From: Candidatus Latescibacterota bacterium
GTDB taxonomy: Bacteria > Latescibacterota > CBDEFO01
DNA length: 64,000 bases
Direction: 5' to 3'
Assembly: GCA_965237525.1 (NCBI GenBank)
Contig: CBDEFO010000008.1
Span: 992,001 to 1,056,000, forward strand
Position numbers and translations under genes: made by a program. The notes under the pieces are model-generated. The model was not told the DNA's origin and ran no database searches. It saw only the letters and a list, made by a program, of their open reading frames with translations. Shown here piece by piece: positions 60,937-64,000 of this stretch (its first letter is position 1; the number at the start of each line of letters is the position of its first letter).

Positions 60937-61800
60937 ATGAACAGATATACCAGGACATTATCAATTGCAGTGCTTTTAGGGCTATGTTTTATCTTTTGTG
61001 GGACAGCTTACGGTTGGGGTTACAACACACACAGGCTTATAAATAGAAAGGCTGCGTTTTCTCTGCCCGATGAGATGTCGGCCTTTAAAAGCTACGCCGA
61101 GTTTTTGGGGGACCACGCTTCGGACTTGGATTTCCTAAAATATATATATACAGGCGACAAGAACCAGCACTACATGAATTTGGATATGCTGGACAAATGG
61201 CCTTTCAAGGATGTTCCCAGAGACGAGGACGAGGCTATAAAGAGGTTCGGAGAGGAAAAGTTGAACAAGGCGGGACTCCTGCCATGGGCTGTGGGAGAGT
61301 ACACAGAGAGGCTCTCAGAGTCAATGAAGCACAGTTGGTGGCTCCATACAGCGTGGCTGGCTTCGGTATTAGGGCACTACATCTGTGATGCCTGCCAGCC
61401 CCTTCATGCCACCGAAAACTACAACGGACAGCTTACGGGAAACGACGGCATCCACAAGAGATTAGAAGTGGAGATGATCGACAGGCATATAGCCGATTTG
61501 GATCTGAGTACTGACGAAGTTGTATTTGTGGATGACCCTGTGGAGTTTGCGTTCCAGATCCTGACCGAATCGTGGAGGGGCGTCGAGCCTGTCCTCAAAG
61601 CGGACGACGGAGCCAAGCAAGTATCGGATAAGTACGATAACGAGTATTACGAAGCGCTGTGGAAACGGACAGGGAAATTGGCCGAAAGCAGGTTGAAGAA
61701 GGCTGTCTGGGCAATCGCGTCTCTGTGGTACACAGCGTGGGTAAAAGCGGGGAGACCCGATATACCGCCTGTTGAAAACTTTACACTGGGGGAGCAATAG
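60937..61800 (+). CDS. Secreted S1/P1 nuclease / Zn-dependent phospholipase C-like protein
   Basis: Signal peptide then WGYNTH; GHYICDACQPLH..NYNGQ; GIH...E. Confidence 0.82.
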   Translation: MNRYTRTLSIAVLLGLCFIFCGTAYGWGYNTHRLINRKAAFSLPDEMSAFKSYAEFLGDHASDLDFLKYIYTGDKNQHYMNLDMLDKWPFKDVPRDEDEAIKRFGEEKLNKAGLLPWAVGEYTERLSESMKHSWWLHTAWLASVLGHYICDACQPLHATENYNGQLTGNDGIHKRLEVEMIDRHIADLDLSTDEVVFVDDPVEFAFQILTESWRGVEPVLKADDGAKQVSDKYDNEYYEALWKRTGKLAESRLKKAVWAIASLWYTAWVKAGRPDIPPVENFTLGEQ

Positions 61801-62218
61801 GCCTGAACGACCCTTCTATTTCTTTGGGAGTTCCCGACGAACTGGATCATCCGTTAGTGATAGAGCACATCGTAAAGGTCGTGGAAAGCTGTCAAAGGCC
61901 CAACTGATAGAAAAGGGTATGAGATTCATCGCTTATTCTTGCGTTGCAGAACTCCTTATGAATTCTAGCCGCAACGGGCGCCGCGGAGCTCAGAGGGTGC
62001 TAGAACTGAACTGATCTTGTCCCTTCAAAGTTTATCCTAAGAATTTTGGGAACCTATTCTTCTCTACAGGCGTCCAATAACTGTAATCCCTCCCTCGCAC
62101 GGTAGGGTGTCGATGCAGAAGTTAGCGCGATGCCCTATCGTGTTTTTATTACAAACAAGGGAGCTCGTCTTCACAAAGACAGCGAGCTCTTTCCTGCCGA
62201 ATTCTCCGGGTTTATTTT

Positions 62219-62476
62219 TCAAGACTCCAGAGCGTTGACCTGTCTGGTCAATCTGGACTTATTTCTGGCAGCAGTATTCCTGTGTATAATTCCCTTCTGA
62301 GCCATCTTGTCTATGATGGGAATCGCAGCGGCGAGAGCCTTCTGGGCGTCCTCTTTGGCATTGGCTGTCCGGACATTCTTAATAGCTGTCCTTAGAGTCG
62401 AGCGCGACGCCCTGTTTTTAGCTCTTGCAGCCCTACTGGTCTTCATCCTTTTGATAGCAGACTTATGTTGCGGCAA
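62219..62476 (-). CDS. rpsT: 30S ribosomal protein S20
   Basis: PQHKSAIKR...N...S.LRTAIK...IDKMAQKGIIHRNTAARNKSRL; TTG start after GGAGG. Confidence 0.97.
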   Translation of the reverse strand: MPQHKSAIKRMKTSRAARAKNRASRSTLRTAIKNVRTANAKEDAQKALAAAIPIIDKMAQKGIIHRNTAARNKSRLTRQVNALES

Positions 62477-62972
62477 ATGTGACCTCCGTTAGGACTAGAT
62501 ACATTGGTGGAACTTTTGATTAGGTTCGGCCTTTCAAAAGGTGTTATGTGACGTTGCAATTTTGTCGAACTGATTATCAGGCCAAATCTGTTTTGCTACC
62601 TTATACCAACAGATAGCCCCTACAGCAATACTCAAACTTAATAAGAGGGTGAACGACTTCAATAATTCTCGCTTTATTTTGGGGGCGGCCATAATTTATT
62701 AATCGCTTCTTTTATTACTCTATCTCTAGGCTCAAATATGTTCCATGCTTTGGGATGTACAATAATGGTGAATACGTCGCGATATCGCTTTTCTAAGTGT
62801 TTGAGAATTTTCAACTCAGAGTAATTGCCATTCACAGATTTTGAAATTAGATGTTTTTTTATAAGGTTCTCTCTTTAAGATTTCAAAAATGTAATGCCAC
62901 ATAGAGTTGTCCTCTTAACTTTAACTCAATATATAAAGCTACTCTCTTTTGCGGTCCTTGTCAACAATATTT

Positions 62973-63935
62973 TCAATCGCTCTCTGACTTCATAGATCTG
63001 AACATCTTCAGCATCTTTATCAGCCCGCGATTCCTCTCGGATATGACCTCCTCCTGGGTTTTTGATGCGTAGTCATAGACACCCTTGCCTGTCTTTACGC
63101 CGTAGTGTCCATTTTCCACAAGTTCCTTGAGGATCTTCGGAGGCTCTGTTGAATTATCGATCTCTTTCAGCAGATAGCCGGCGATCTTATAGACCGTGTC
63201 GAGTCCGGCTATGTCGAACGTCTGCAGGGGACCTATTACGGAGTATCGGAATCCGAGTCCCTCCCTTATCGAAAGGTCTATGTCCTCTGCGTCCGCGATC
63301 CCTTCGTGGAGGATGCTGTAGGCTTCTCTTGCGATTGCAAACTGCATCCTGTTGGCTACAAAGCCCCGGGCGTCCTTTTTGACCATCACCGGCTTTTTGC
63401 CAATTTTAGGGCAAAGATCGCGAACTGTTCTGAGAGCCTCGTCCTCCGTCTTTTCTCCTTTGATTATCTCGACTAATGGCATAATATGCGGCGGGTTCCA
63501 CCAGTGCATACCCACCACCCTTTCTGGCCTTTTTGTCGCTCTGGCGATTTCGGTTATGGGAAGACCGGACGTATCTGTGGATAGGATAATGTCCTGCCCA
63601 CATATCTGGTCTAACTTTGAGAAGATAGACCTTTTTATCTCCAGATCTTCCGGGGCATTTTCGTTTATAAAATCCGAGTCGGACAGATCCTGAATATCTG
63701 TGGTAGTGGAGATCTTGGATAAAGCCTGTTCAGATTTCTCTTTTGTGATAAGGCCGTTTTCTTGAAACTGCCTTTGATTCAGCCTTATAAGGTCCAGACC
63801 CCTTTGAAGCCCAACGGGGGTTCTGCTGTGCATTATGACGTCGAAACCGGACTCTGCAAAGGTTTGGGCTATCCCTGCTCCCATATTGCCCGCTCCCACC
63901 ACTCCCACCGTGTTGATGTCTTTTCGAATTAGCAT
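62973..63935 (-). CDS. 3-hydroxyacyl-CoA dehydrogenase family
   Basis: VVGAGNMGAGIA, ENAPE...K, GMHWWNPP, GFVANR. Confidence 0.92.
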   Translation of the reverse strand: MLIRKDINTVGVVGAGNMGAGIAQTFAESGFDVIMHSRTPVGLQRGLDLIRLNQRQFQENGLITKEKSEQALSKISTTTDIQDLSDSDFINENAPEDLEIKRSIFSKLDQICGQDIILSTDTSGLPITEIARATKRPERVVGMHWWNPPHIMPLVEIIKGEKTEDEALRTVRDLCPKIGKKPVMVKKDARGFVANRMQFAIAREAYSILHEGIADAEDIDLSIREGLGFRYSVIGPLQTFDIAGLDTVYKIAGYLLKEIDNSTEPPKILKELVENGHYGVKTGKGVYDYASKTQEEVISERNRGLIKMLKMFRSMKSESD

Positions 63936-64000
63936 ATTATATTTCTCCTTTCAAAGCCCGGATCTTATCCGTCGGAGGTACTCCGCAGCCTTCCTGTTGT

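Noticed and set aside
62670..62905. AT-rich possible frameshifted small ORF upstream of rpsT
   Set aside because: No recognisable motif and requires a frameshift; unsupported

Overview
Bacterial chromosomal window (about 50% GC by eye; gene content suggests an uncultured heterotroph MAG, taxonomy not determinable here). Left end: a partial IS1182-type element, then a decayed block (ThuA, PAS/sigma54 activator, thioredoxin, WYL regulator). At 8.6-13.4 kb is a two-gene accessory module: a DNA amino-methyltransferase plus a ~1216-codon Ser/Thr-kinase / P-loop ATPase / duplicated Rossmann-like protein, split by one in-frame TGA and with no recognisable restriction nuclease. This is the best candidate for an undescribed defence or conflict system. 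Middle: a HEPN-like gene cleanly interrupted by a 249-bp MITE, a kanamycin-nucleotidyltransferase-like gene between 86-bp direct repeats, tRNA-Pro(CGG), and ~16 kb of co-oriented catabolic genes with tandem paralogs. Right: IS481, HDOD, a degenerate GAF-sigma54 activator, lon, an RNase HII-YraN fusion, MFS, S1/P1-like nuclease and rpsT. Two small repeat families are dispersed through the window and appear inserted in-frame in proteins or supply their stop codons. All assignments are by visual motif recognition; no database searches were run, and some single-base frameshifts may be assembly errors.
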